Source: an uncultured delta proteobacterium
GTDB lineage: Bacteria > Myxococcota > Myxococcia > Myxococcales > Myxococcaceae
Length of the DNA stretch: 64,000 nt
Direction of reading: 5' to 3'
Assembly (NCBI GenBank): GCA_963771175.1
Contig: CAVYSY010000044.1
Coordinates: 128,001 to 192,000 of the forward strand
Shown in pieces: positions 45,020 to 54,464 of the stretch. The notes beneath the pieces were generated by a model. The model was not told the origin of the DNA and made no database searches. It saw nothing but the letters and a program-made list of their open reading frames with translations. Position 1 is the first letter of the stretch, and each line of letters opens with the position of its first letter. The position numbers were made by a program, and so were the translations under genes.

Positions 45020-45350
45020 CGGGAAGGGTGTCAGACACTTTGTACCCTCCGGGAAGGGTGTCGCGGGAAGGGTGTCAGACACTTTGTACGGCCTCCACGC
45101 CGGGAAGGGTGTCCGCGGGAAGGGTGTCGGGAAGGGTGTCAGACACTTTGTACGGGCCACCCTCTCGGCGACGTGTCCGACTTGATGCCCTTGCCCCGGA
45201 AGTGGTGTCAAAGAACTCGACGCGAGGCTGGAACGCGAACGGTCCACGGCCTGGACGGGTGAAACTCCCAGGAAGGGTGTCAGACACTTTGTACGGGCCA
45301 CCCTCTCGGCCCGGGAAGGGTGTCGGGAAGGGTGTCAGACACTTTGCACG
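45020..45350 (+). repeat. Nested REP-like array (9 GGAAGGGTGTC units) including an orphan element left end
   Basis: Counted by eye; 45130-45265 nearly identical to 47615-47747. Confidence 0.92.
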
Positions 45351-45636
45351 GGCGTGTACCTCGAGGGGCCGCGCGGCCTCTCCACCGACCGGGCGCCCTG
45401 CTCGGGCGGCCCCTGTCAGCGGCCCTCCTCGGCCCCTCCGCTCCAGCCCTCACCCTCAACACGGCCTCTATTCCGCCTATGCGCTCTGTGACCCCTGCCC
45501 GGGCGACAGTGCGCGCATCGAACGTGGAGGGGCTGTTCTCATGGGTTGGCATGCCCGAGCGAGACTCGCCTACCGCTGGTGTTCCTTTGCCGGCGCGTTG
45601 CCGGGTGGGAAGCGTGCATGGGATGCTCATTCGAGA

Positions 45637-47274
45637 ATGAGCGCCCACCGTCTCCTCACCTGCCTGCTGCTGGCCTTGCCGCTGCTCGCCTGCCAGGCGC
45701 ATCAGGCTCCACTCGCTCCGGGCGACTCCCTGCCAGTCGAAAGGTTCAATCAGCTCATCAACGAGAGGCCCCGTTGTGCCTCGGTGGTGGAGTGCACCTC
45801 CATTGCCAGCCGCGAGCCGGCGCTGTTCTCGTTCATCCTGGACCTGACGCTACCCGAGCTGCCGCTCCCCAGACTGCTGGATGGGTTCGAGTACCAGCAT
45901 GAACGCCCGGCGGTGACGCGCATCGTCCATGCGCAAGTGTGGACGCTCCTGGAGTCCTCCCTGAAGGAGGCCGCCGCGCATCCCTCCCGGCAGGTCGTGC
46001 CGTCCGAGCTGATGGAGCGCATGTTCGTGCTCGCTGAGCAGGAGCTGCGATCTCCGGGACCGGAGCGGTTCCCGGTGATGAAGTTGCTGAAGGCGCTGGC
46101 GGAGTTCCCCCAAGGTCGCGCGTGGCTCGTGCAGTGGTGCTTCTCGGGGGAGGATGCGGTGGCGGTCGCCGCCAGTCTCGTCCTCGTGGAGCTCGAGCCC
46201 GAGCCCACCACGGCGAAGGACTCCGCGGTCTCCTCCCGAGCCATCGAGGTCATCTGGCGGTGCTTCCTCGTGCAGCGGCCCCAGGGCTCCTGTCTGCCGG
46301 AGCTGGCACCGCCCCATCCGTTCTCGGAGCGCATCACCCAGGCCGTCCTGGCCCTGCCCGTGTTCCACTCCCGGCTCATCGCACTCATCGAGACGGACGC
46401 CGAGCAGGGCTCCCTGTACCCGGGGGACCTCGACCTTTACGAGGTGCTCGTGCGCGCCCCGCTGCTCGAGGAGAAGCTCCTGGCCTGGTCCGAGCACCCC
46501 TCTCCCACGGTCGCCGGTCTCGCGAGTGACAGGGTCGTCCGGCGGCGTCGGGACCCCGGCGGGAGCGAGTGGCCGCGCGTCCGGCGTTTCTTGCTGCGGT
46601 ACGCGGCGAGCGGTAGGGCTTTCGTCTCCCTGGCCACGGCCAGGCTGCTCGGTCACGAGGGCGAGTTGTCCGCGGAGGAGGTGGCGCAGGTGATCGCCCT
46701 TTCCCGCTCTTCTTCGAAGGACGTCCGTCTGGCGAGCATTCATCTCCTGGTGCGGCTGACGCGGGAGCATGGCTCGGCCCGCCTGGCTGTTCTCGAGGTG
46801 CTCCAGCGCGATGAGGTGGGGCTGGTGACGGAGGCGATTCGGCGCCTCGTCGAGCTGTCCTCGTCTCGCGAGACGCACGCCCCGGACTGGTACTCGCGTA
46901 CCGTGGCCGAGTGGTTCCTGAAGGTCCCGGCCCATCGGTTCCGCGAAGAGGCCTGGCGGGTCCCCCTCTGGTGGGCACTCGAGCAAGTCGAGGTCGTGTT
47001 CCGGCGGCGCTTCAGGCCCTTTGTGAAGACGGAGCCGGTTCTCGCTATCTGCGGCGGCGATCTCGGCGTGAATGAGCTGGAGGAACAGGCACGGAAGAAT
47101 CTGCTCGCATTCGGGGTCGAACAGACGCCGTCCCCCTCCGCGTGGGAACTGGCGGAGCGCCGTAGGAGCGACGAGCGGGCCGAGGCGCGGGAAGTCGACA
47201 CGCTGCTGCGCGCGCGCGAGCGGTTCTCGCGGTTCCATGATTGGCGAGAGGGGCGAGGCTCCGGCTGGCCGTGA
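45637..47274 (+). CDS. Helical-repeat (HEAT-like) lipoprotein
   Basis: Lipobox LLAC; Leu-rich amphipathic repeats (SKDVRLASIHLL). Confidence 0.65.
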   Translation: MSAHRLLTCLLLALPLLACQAHQAPLAPGDSLPVERFNQLINERPRCASVVECTSIASREPALFSFILDLTLPELPLPRLLDGFEYQHERPAVTRIVHAQVWTLLESSLKEAAAHPSRQVVPSELMERMFVLAEQELRSPGPERFPVMKLLKALAEFPQGRAWLVQWCFSGEDAVAVAASLVLVELEPEPTTAKDSAVSSRAIEVIWRCFLVQRPQGSCLPELAPPHPFSERITQAVLALPVFHSRLIALIETDAEQGSLYPGDLDLYEVLVRAPLLEEKLLAWSEHPSPTVAGLASDRVVRRRRDPGGSEWPRVRRFLLRYAASGRAFVSLATARLLGHEGELSAEEVAQVIALSRSSSKDVRLASIHLLVRLTREHGSARLAVLEVLQRDEVGLVTEAIRRLVELSSSRETHAPDWYSRTVAEWFLKVPAHRFREEAWRVPLWWALEQVEVVFRRRFRPFVKTEPVLAICGGDLGVNELEEQARKNLLAFGVEQTPSPSAWELAERRRSDERAEAREVDTLLRARERFSRFHDWREGRGSGWP

Positions 47275-47298
47275 CGAGTGGCACTCCGCGGGCGGGTC

Positions 47299-47685
47299 CG
47301 GGAAGGGTGCCGGGAAGGGTGCCCGGGAAGGGTGCCAGACACTTTGTACGGGGACACTTTGTACGGGCCACCCTCTCGGCGACGTGTCCTCGGCGACGTG
47401 TCCGACTTGATGCCCTTGCCCCCCGGGAAGGGTGTCCGGGAAGGGTGTCAGACACTTTGTACTCCGGGAAGGGTGTCCGGGAAGGGTGTCTCCGGGAAGG
47501 GTGTCAGACACTTTGTACGGGGAAGGGTGTCGGGGAAGGGTGTCAGACACTTTGTACGGGGATACTTTGTACGGGCCACCCTCTCGGCGACGTGTCCTCG
47601 GCGACGTGTCCCCGGGAAGGGTGTCAGACACTTTGTACGGGCCACCCTCTCGGCGACGTGTCCGACTTGATGCCCTTGCCGGAAG
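47299..47685 (+). repeat. Nested REP-like array (11 GGAAGGGTG(T/C)C units) upstream of the transposase
   Basis: Counted by eye. Confidence 0.92.
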
Positions 47686-48767
47686 TGGTGTCAAAGAACT
47701 CGACGCGAGGCTGGAGCGCGAACGGTCCACGGCCTGGACGGGTGAAACACCCTGTCTGCTCGTCTTTCCAAGCACTTGAGGGCTGGCCCACGGGGTGCAT
47801 TCGGCCTCGCACCGTACGAGGGGGAGGGGATGGGCTGGCCGTTGAGGATGTTCCAGGAGGAGGGCTACTACTTCGTCACGTCCAGGTGCTTCCAGGGACG
47901 GCTGCTGCTGCGTCCCAGCGCAGAGGTGAACGAGGTGGTGGGAGGCGTGCTGGCGCGAGCCGTCCAGCAGAGCGCCGGCACCGTGCGACTGCACGCCTTC
48001 ACCTTCGCCTCCAACCATTTCCACCTGCTGGTGTGGGCTCGGGGAGCAGCTCTCGCCTCCTTCATGCAGTACCTGCGCGCCAACCTCTCCAAGAAGGTAG
48101 GGAGGCTGGTGGACTGGAGGGGTGGTTTCTGGGAGCGGCGCTACTCAGCGGAGCCGGTGTTGGACGACACGGCGTTGGTGGGGCGACTGCGCTACATCCT
48201 CGCCCATGGAGTGAAAGAGGGCCTGGTGGAGAGAAGCACCGAGTGGCCGGGCCTCACGAGCCTGCCGCAGTTGCTGGGACCGGCGCGGCGGCTGTTCCGA
48301 TGGTTCAACTGGACGAAGCGCTGGGGCGAACGGAGGCGCCAGGACATGGCCGCGGCGCAGGGGCGTTTCGCGCAGGAGTGGGCCGAGCCGGTGGAGTTGG
48401 AGGTGGCGCCGCTGCCTTGCTGGAAGAGCTCGAGCGAAGAGGAGAGACAGCGCGCGGTGCGAGCACTGCTGCGGGAGGTGGAGGCCGAGGCCCGTGCGCA
48501 GGGGAAGCCTGTCATGGGAGCGCGAGCGGTGCAGGAGCAGCACCCGCATACCCGGCCCGAGCGTCTCAAGCGTACTCCGCGACCTTTGGGACATGCATCC
48601 ACGCGCCAGGCCCTGCGGGAGTTGCGCGAGCAGTACCGTGCTTTCGTCTCGACATTCCGAGAAGCCGCAGCGCGCTGGCGGCAGGGGGACTTCTCGGCCC
48701 GCTTCCCCCTCTACTCCTTCCCGCCGCGCACCTTGCCCGGTCACGTTGCTCGAGTTCTTTGACACCA
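47686..48767 (+). mobile_element. RAYT-like element bounded by 18-bp perfect inverted repeats TGGTGTCAAAGAACTCGA
   Basis: Left 47686-47703, right 48750-48767; followed by two further GACACCATTCCCGG copies up to ~48803. Confidence 0.85.
47830..48762 (+). CDS. REP-associated tyrosine transposase-like Y1 HUH protein (intact, 310 aa)
   Basis: YYFVTSRC, SNHFHLLV (HUH), FWERRYSAEPV, LRYILAHGVKEGLV (catalytic Tyr); GGAGG SD. Confidence 0.9.
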   Translation: MGWPLRMFQEEGYYFVTSRCFQGRLLLRPSAEVNEVVGGVLARAVQQSAGTVRLHAFTFASNHFHLLVWARGAALASFMQYLRANLSKKVGRLVDWRGGFWERRYSAEPVLDDTALVGRLRYILAHGVKEGLVERSTEWPGLTSLPQLLGPARRLFRWFNWTKRWGERRRQDMAAAQGRFAQEWAEPVELEVAPLPCWKSSSEEERQRAVRALLREVEAEARAQGKPVMGARAVQEQHPHTRPERLKRTPRPLGHASTRQALRELREQYRAFVSTFREAAARWRQGDFSARFPLYSFPPRTLPGHVARVL

Positions 48768-48891
48768 TTCCCGGGACACCATTCCCGGCGACACCATTCC
48801 CGGGCCAACGCCAGTCATTCGTGAGCCGGTCACGGAGTATTTTGTCAGACATCGAGGCAGCGCGGCTCACTCGGGAGTGAGCCGTGCCACG

Positions 48892-49836
48892 TCATTCCTC
48901 CACGCCCCAGAGCCCCACGGTCCCATCGCCCTGGCCCCAGGCGATGAGGCGCCCGTCTGGGGAGAAGACCGCGTGACTCGACTGCATGTCATTGTCGTCC
49001 GAGTGTTCGTACAGGATGGAGCCGCTGTGGAAGTCCAACACGGAGAAGCCCGTGCCCCCTGCCGCCAGCAGCGCGCCGTCCGGGCTGAAGCTCACGTTGT
49101 TCGTCCCGATGGATTCCATCTTCCGAATCACCTCCCATCGCGTGAGGTCCAACGTGGAGAGGCCGTGGGAAGGAGTTCCCGCGACAAGCAGTGGCTCGGA
49201 GGGATGGAATGCCACGCTCCATACCCAATAGGCCTCCAGGGGGACTTCCTTCGTGAGCGTCCCCGTGGCCACATCCCAGATGAGGACACTGCCGGGGGCG
49301 CTCTGTCCCTGATGGCCCGCGCCGGCGGCTGCCAGCCGGCCATCTGGCGAGAGCGCGCACCCATAGAGCAGACGCGTGCGCTTCTCCAGCTCCCCCACCC
49401 GCTGCCACCGCTCTACATCCCACAACCATGCGTCCCCGTTACCGCCCGTGATGAGCAACGTTCGTCCATCGGCGGCCAGGGTGAGACCGCTCACGCCCGC
49501 GCCCAGGTCGTGCTCGCGCCGGAGCGCTCCGTCGACGGCCGACCACTCCTGCAGCACGCCTCCAAGTGTCGCCGAGAGCACCCGGTCAACCCCGGCGAGC
49601 ACCACCGCAGCCGCCCCGTTCTTCAGGGATAGGGACACCGCAGGGGACTCGGTCCGCTCGGAGAGCTTCCACCAGCGCATCCGGTCCTGGCCCCGCTGCT
49701 CCGTGGAGCTCAACCACCGGCCGTCGCCGCTGAAGCCCAGGTGCTGCCCTGAAGGCCAGGGCGGCCCGCCGGGTCCCAGTCGTCGCAGCGGGGCCAGGCG
49801 CCCGGCATTGGTTGTATTCAGAAGTTGCTGGCTCAT
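48892..49836 (-). CDS. WD40 repeat protein
   Basis: Repeated (F/L)SPDG..LA and LWD motifs. Confidence 0.88.
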   Translation of the reverse strand: MSQQLLNTTNAGRLAPLRRLGPGGPPWPSGQHLGFSGDGRWLSSTEQRGQDRMRWWKLSERTESPAVSLSLKNGAAAVVLAGVDRVLSATLGGVLQEWSAVDGALRREHDLGAGVSGLTLAADGRTLLITGGNGDAWLWDVERWQRVGELEKRTRLLYGCALSPDGRLAAAGAGHQGQSAPGSVLIWDVATGTLTKEVPLEAYWVWSVAFHPSEPLLVAGTPSHGLSTLDLTRWEVIRKMESIGTNNVSFSPDGALLAAGGTGFSVLDFHSGSILYEHSDDNDMQSSHAVFSPDGRLIAWGQGDGTVGLWGVEE

Positions 49837-49984
49837 GTGGCTCTCCGTGGCCAGGCCGAGACACGAGGGCAGCCGGACCTCGCCGCTGCCCCCGTGTCCG
49901 CCCTTGTCGTGGTTCACAACAGCGGGATGTGGGTCTCGTCTCCCCAATACAGCATGAGCTGCTTCAGCTCTGCGGCCATTGTGC

Positions 49985-50092
49985 GCTCGGCGTTGCAAGT
50001 GACGCCGCACTTCCACTCGCTGGTACCGGACGGCGTCTTCGTGCCGGGGGAGGGCGGCGTGCGCTTCGAGGCGTTGCTTCCGCCCACGCAAG
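49985..50092 (+). mobile_element. IS91-like (Y2 HUH) transposase fragment, HUH region
   Basis: SALQVTPHFHSLVPDGVFVP. Confidence 0.7.
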
Positions 50093-50130
50093 CCCGGGAA
50101 GTCAGAGGACTCGTTCCCGGGAAGGGCGCG

Positions 50131-52908
50131 CTACCTGGCCGCGACACCTTGCTCGATGACCTTGGCCGTCTGGCCGGCCGCCTCGAGCGCGGCGTTGACC
50201 GCGTCGCGTGGGCCGCTGATGACCACGACCATCCGCTCCTCGGCGAGATCAGCGGCGGCCGCCGCGGCGACCGCATCCGGCGTCGTCGCCGAGATCGCCG
50301 CGACCTGTGCGTCGGAGAAGGACAGCGGCAGCGACATCACCGCGGCCGTCTCGAGCTCGTCGGCGCGGACGGTCGCCCCGGCGGAATCGGCGAGCGCCCG
50401 GCCGAGCGCCCGACGTCGGGCGCGAACGAAGTCCTCGGCGAGCGTGCCGACCCGCGTCCGAACGGTCGCCAGCTCACCGACGAGCGCGACCAGTGCCTTG
50501 CCAGAGCGATCCAGCTCGAGCTCGCCGGTGACGAGCAGTGCGCCGCCGCCGATGCCTCCGAGGTAGTCAACCGAGACACCGTAGCTGGCTCCGAGCCCCT
50601 CGCGGACGACGCGCATGCGATCCTCCAGCATCGCGCGGAGCACCTGGCGCGCGGCGACGTCACGAATCGGATCCGAGGCCGTGGAGAATGCAATCGTGAC
50701 GCCCACCTGGGTCGCGTCCTCGTCGACGACGGCGACCCAGCTCGGCCCCTTCGCCGGATTACTCGGCGGTACCCTCGCGGGAGGAGGCGGCGCCTCGCCG
50801 TCCCACCCGCCGAAGAGCTCTTCGATCGTCCTTCTCATCACGGCGACGTCGAAGCCACCCGAGACGATCAGCGTCGCGCCGTTGGCACGGTAGTAGCGCT
50901 CACGGAACTCCTCGAGCTCGCTGACGGAAATCTTCAGGATGTCGGCGGGGCGGGGGCGACGTCTCGCGTACGGGTGATCGGCGCCGAAGAGGCGAACCCT
51001 GAGCACGTGGCCACTGCGCGCCTCCGCGTCGTCATCGTGGTCGTGGGCTGCGCGGGCTCGGCTCTGGAGCTCGGCGACATCGTCGTCCGGGAAGATGCCG
51101 GCGTCGAGGAGCCAGAACAGGCGCCAGAGGTGCCAGTCCGCGAACGTCGCGATGCCGCGCGCCGAGAACACCGTCGCCCGTTCCCCGACGCTGACGTCGA
51201 GCCGCGTGCCGAGCTCGCTCGCGAAGGTGATCCGCTCGACGTCGATGCTCCGGTAGAGGCGGTTGGTATCGTTCGCGAGCAGTCGCGCGGTCAGCTCCGC
51301 GAGCCCTGGCGAGTCGACAGGATTCTCCGCCGAGCCGTAGGGGAACACCAGCCGCGCGTCGACGAGCGGGGTGTTGGGGTCCGGCGCGAGCAGCACGCGC
51401 ATCCCATTCCACAGCGTCATCTCCTCCACCTTGCTGGCGACACGCGACGCACGCGTATCGAGCGGGCGGCTCGCCTCGGAGGGGTCGACCGGTGTGCGCC
51501 AGGGTTGGAGGTCGTGCTCGCGGTGGCGCGTCGGGACCTCGGCGCGGGTCGAGAGCGCCTTCTTTCCGCTCGGCCGGACCAGCGCGACGTGACTGTGCGT
51601 GCGGCCCAGCGTCGCGTTCGCGTACATGGCGATGTCGATGATCGTCGTGCGGTCGAGCTTCTCGAGCTCCTCGAGGAAGAACCCATTGTGGTCGGTGTAC
51701 TGGGGGAAGTCAGCGAGCCAGGAGCCGGCCCCGTCGAACGCGTCATAGGTGCCGACAAGGCTCGTGCGGAGCTGGGCTCGGGAGGCTTCGATCATGCGCT
51801 TGCGCTCGTTGACGAGCATCGACGCGGCGGCGAACACCTTGTCGACCGCCTCCTCGAGCCGCGCCGGCTCCGACACCGAGACGACCGCGGTCAGCAGCGG
51901 CGCGCGCACTCCGCCGAACAGCGTGACACCGGCGTTGGTGATCCACTTCTCGCGTTCATCCAGGGTGCGCAGCTCGGTGCCGAGCATCGTCGCGACGACC
52001 GCGTGCAGCGTGGACTCGCTCGCCCCCCACGAGGGTGCGCGGAAGAAGATGAACGCGGTCGCCTCGTCGATGTCGGCGGTGTGCGTCGACGTTCCGCCGG
52101 TGAGCTCCGCCGGCTCGAGCGGAGTGCGCGCGACGGTGGACTTCCGCTTGAGCCCGCCGAACGCCGCGCGCACCGCGTGGATTGCCTTGTCGGTGCGGAA
52201 GTTGCCGGTGACGACGAGGATCGCACGATCGGGCGCGTAGTGCGCGGCGATGAAGGCACACACCTCCTCGCGCGTCACCTGGGCAATCTCCCGCGAGCTC
52301 ACCCGGCGCCCGTAGGGGTGCTGCTTGCCCCACAGCGTCGCCACGAGCTCGTCGTGCAGGGTCTCGTGGCGCGAGTGGCGCCATGAGTCCTCCGCGAGGA
52401 CGACGTCACGCTCGCGCTCGAACATCGCATCGTCGATCCGGTCGCACGTCACCTGCATCCGGCGCGCCTCGATCGCGACGAGCTTCGCGAGTTGCTCAGC
52501 GAGCGCCATCGCCGTGTAGTGCGTCTCGTCGGAATTGGTCCACGCGTTGTAATAGAGCGCGGTGTCGGAGAGCTCGTCCGCGATCGTCGGGCCACCGGCC
52601 TCGGCTCTCGCGGTGAACAAGAGGTGCTCGACGAGGTGGGCCATCCCGGCGCGCCCCGGCGGATCCTCGGCGGCACCGACGAGATATCGGACGTCGACGC
52701 CGACGAGGTTCGTGCGCGCGTCCTGCATCAGGGCGATCGTCAGCCCGTTCTGCGCGCGCATCATCACGATGCCGTGGTCGATGCGGAAGTCACGCTTCCC
52801 GCTCTGCAGACTTCCGAAGCGGGGCGGCCGCGCGGCCCGGAGGCCGGTACAGGCGGAGAGACAGATGAACGCGACCACCCAGACACAGCGAAAGGACGGG
52901 ACCCTCAT
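50131..52908 (-). CDS. M16 family (insulinase-like) peptidase, probable lipoprotein
   Basis: LSAC lipobox; GMAHLVEHLLF; NAWT..DET.Y; second half VREGLGASYGV. Confidence 0.88.
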   Translation of the reverse strand: MRVPSFRCVWVVAFICLSACTGLRAARPPRFGSLQSGKRDFRIDHGIVMMRAQNGLTIALMQDARTNLVGVDVRYLVGAAEDPPGRAGMAHLVEHLLFTARAEAGGPTIADELSDTALYYNAWTNSDETHYTAMALAEQLAKLVAIEARRMQVTCDRIDDAMFERERDVVLAEDSWRHSRHETLHDELVATLWGKQHPYGRRVSSREIAQVTREEVCAFIAAHYAPDRAILVVTGNFRTDKAIHAVRAAFGGLKRKSTVARTPLEPAELTGGTSTHTADIDEATAFIFFRAPSWGASESTLHAVVATMLGTELRTLDEREKWITNAGVTLFGGVRAPLLTAVVSVSEPARLEEAVDKVFAAASMLVNERKRMIEASRAQLRTSLVGTYDAFDGAGSWLADFPQYTDHNGFFLEELEKLDRTTIIDIAMYANATLGRTHSHVALVRPSGKKALSTRAEVPTRHREHDLQPWRTPVDPSEASRPLDTRASRVASKVEEMTLWNGMRVLLAPDPNTPLVDARLVFPYGSAENPVDSPGLAELTARLLANDTNRLYRSIDVERITFASELGTRLDVSVGERATVFSARGIATFADWHLWRLFWLLDAGIFPDDDVAELQSRARAAHDHDDDAEARSGHVLRVRLFGADHPYARRRPRPADILKISVSELEEFRERYYRANGATLIVSGGFDVAVMRRTIEELFGGWDGEAPPPPARVPPSNPAKGPSWVAVVDEDATQVGVTIAFSTASDPIRDVAARQVLRAMLEDRMRVVREGLGASYGVSVDYLGGIGGGALLVTGELELDRSGKALVALVGELATVRTRVGTLAEDFVRARRRALGRALADSAGATVRADELETAAVMSLPLSFSDAQVAAISATTPDAVAAAAAADLAEERMVVVISGPRDAVNAALEAAGQTAKVIEQGVAAR

Positions 52909-53174
52909 CAATGCGACTGTACGGGAGTGAGAGTCGGGTCCGCAGGGAGGCCCTCGCTGCCACTGCTCGAAGCTCAACATCCCGCCTGTCACTCCTTCAG
53001 GTTCGGGAGTGGCCCCGTGCAGTCATCGCCACCACGGAGAGGCATGACCTCGTGAGTTCTCCACCCGGACGGTACTTCCGCCGTGGTATGGAGCGACCGC
53101 ATCGGGCTTCCAGTCACGCCACTCGGGCGTGGTAGGGAAGAGCGACGAGGAGCAGCGCATGACGGCCACGAAGA

Positions 53175-53422
53175 AGCTCCCCCAAGCAGGTGCGGAGGAG
53201 GCGAGCGTGGCGTCCCAGGCAGCGGTCAGCAAGGAGCCGATGACGGAGAGGACGTCGGGAGTGGACCAGGCAGAACTGCGGAGGAGGACGTTCGACTTCG
53301 ACGTATTCGCCAGCGTGAGGTGTGGAGGCAGGCGGCGGGTCATAGCCCGTACGGCCCCCGTCAACAGCCCTCCTCGGCCCTTCTGCCCCCCTCAACAGGG
53401 CCCCCATTCGTCTTATGCTTCG
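53175..53422 (+). mobile_element. IS91-like transposase C-terminal remnant plus putative element end
   Basis: VDQAELRRRTFDFDVFASVRCGGRRRVIA (cf. WA.LL.RTF..DV..C..CGGR) followed by the conserved CCCTCAACAGGG...TCTTATGC motif. Confidence 0.7.
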
Positions 53423-53522
53423 AAGCGGGCGCATGGACTCGGAAGCACTTCGTCGCGCCGGTCGGCTACAACCCGGAGAAGGACGTGTTCATCGTGATGG
53501 AACCGTCCGAAAGGCCCCTGTC

Positions 53523-54176
53523 ATGACCCTGAAGCTCTATGCCCACCCGTTCTCGTCGTATTGCCAGAAGGTGCTCATCGCGCTGTACGAGAACGGGACG
53601 CCGTTCGAATACCGCATGCTGGAGCAGGACGGCGCGATGCGCGAGCTGGAAGCGCTCTGGCCCCTGAAGCGCTTCCCCGTGCTGGTGGACGGGGGCCGCA
53701 CCATCGTCGAGGCGAGCTGCGTCATCGAGCACCTCCAACTCTACCACCCGGGGCCGGTGCGGCTGCTCCCCGAGGATGCCAAGGCGGCGCTGGAGGTGCG
53801 GATGCTGGACCGATTCTTCGACAACTACGTCTCCACGCCGCAGCAGAAGGTGGTGTTCGACCGTCTGCGACCGGAAGCGGACCGCGACGCCTACGGGGTG
53901 GCCGAGGCTCGCAAGCTGCTCGAAACGGCCTATGCGTGGCTCGACAAGACGCTGGTCGGAAGGACGTGGGCGGCGGGCGAGGACTTCACCCTGGCCGACT
54001 GCGCCGCCGCGCCATTCCTGTTCTACGCGGACTGGACGCACTCCATCTCCGAGGACTTCTCCCGCGTGCGGGCCTACCGGAAGCGGCTGCTGGCGAGGCC
54101 CTCATTCGCGCGCGCGGTGGATGAGGCGCGGCCATTCCGCCGGTACTTCCCCCTCGGAGCGCCGAACCGGGACTGA
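53523..54176 (+). CDS. Glutathione S-transferase family protein
   Basis: HPFSSYCQKVLIALYE, FPVLVD, EASCVIEHL, FTLADCAAAP. Confidence 0.93.
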   Translation: MTLKLYAHPFSSYCQKVLIALYENGTPFEYRMLEQDGAMRELEALWPLKRFPVLVDGGRTIVEASCVIEHLQLYHPGPVRLLPEDAKAALEVRMLDRFFDNYVSTPQQKVVFDRLRPEADRDAYGVAEARKLLETAYAWLDKTLVGRTWAAGEDFTLADCAAAPFLFYADWTHSISEDFSRVRAYRKRLLARPSFARAVDEARPFRRYFPLGAPNRD

Positions 54177-54464
54177 CCGCGGGGCTCCCCAAGCGGGACA
54201 GCGGGATGGTGCGACCCATCATGCGACTCCTGAAGCGGTCACGCAGCTGATCGACAACCACTATGCGGCGATGATGAACGCGGTCGGGAACGTCCAGTCG
54301 CAACGAAACACTTGGAAAAACGAATTCTGGCGAGTGCCCGTAGCCCAACCGCCACCGGTGAGTGCCACTTCATTCGACTTCCAATGGGAAACCATAGCGC
54401 CAAACCGGTTTCGCGTGTCTGTGTATCACATCGAATTTCAGCAACAACACTACATGAACGAAGC

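Noticed and set aside
45020..47750. CRISPR or guide-RNA array in the GGGAAGGGTGTC repeats
   Set aside because: There are no unique constant-length spacers; intervening DNA is nested copies of the element flank.
32073..48805. Classical integron with attC sites
   Set aside because: No tyrosine recombinase in the window, repeats lack RYYYAAC/GTTRRRY ends, and cargo lies on both strands.
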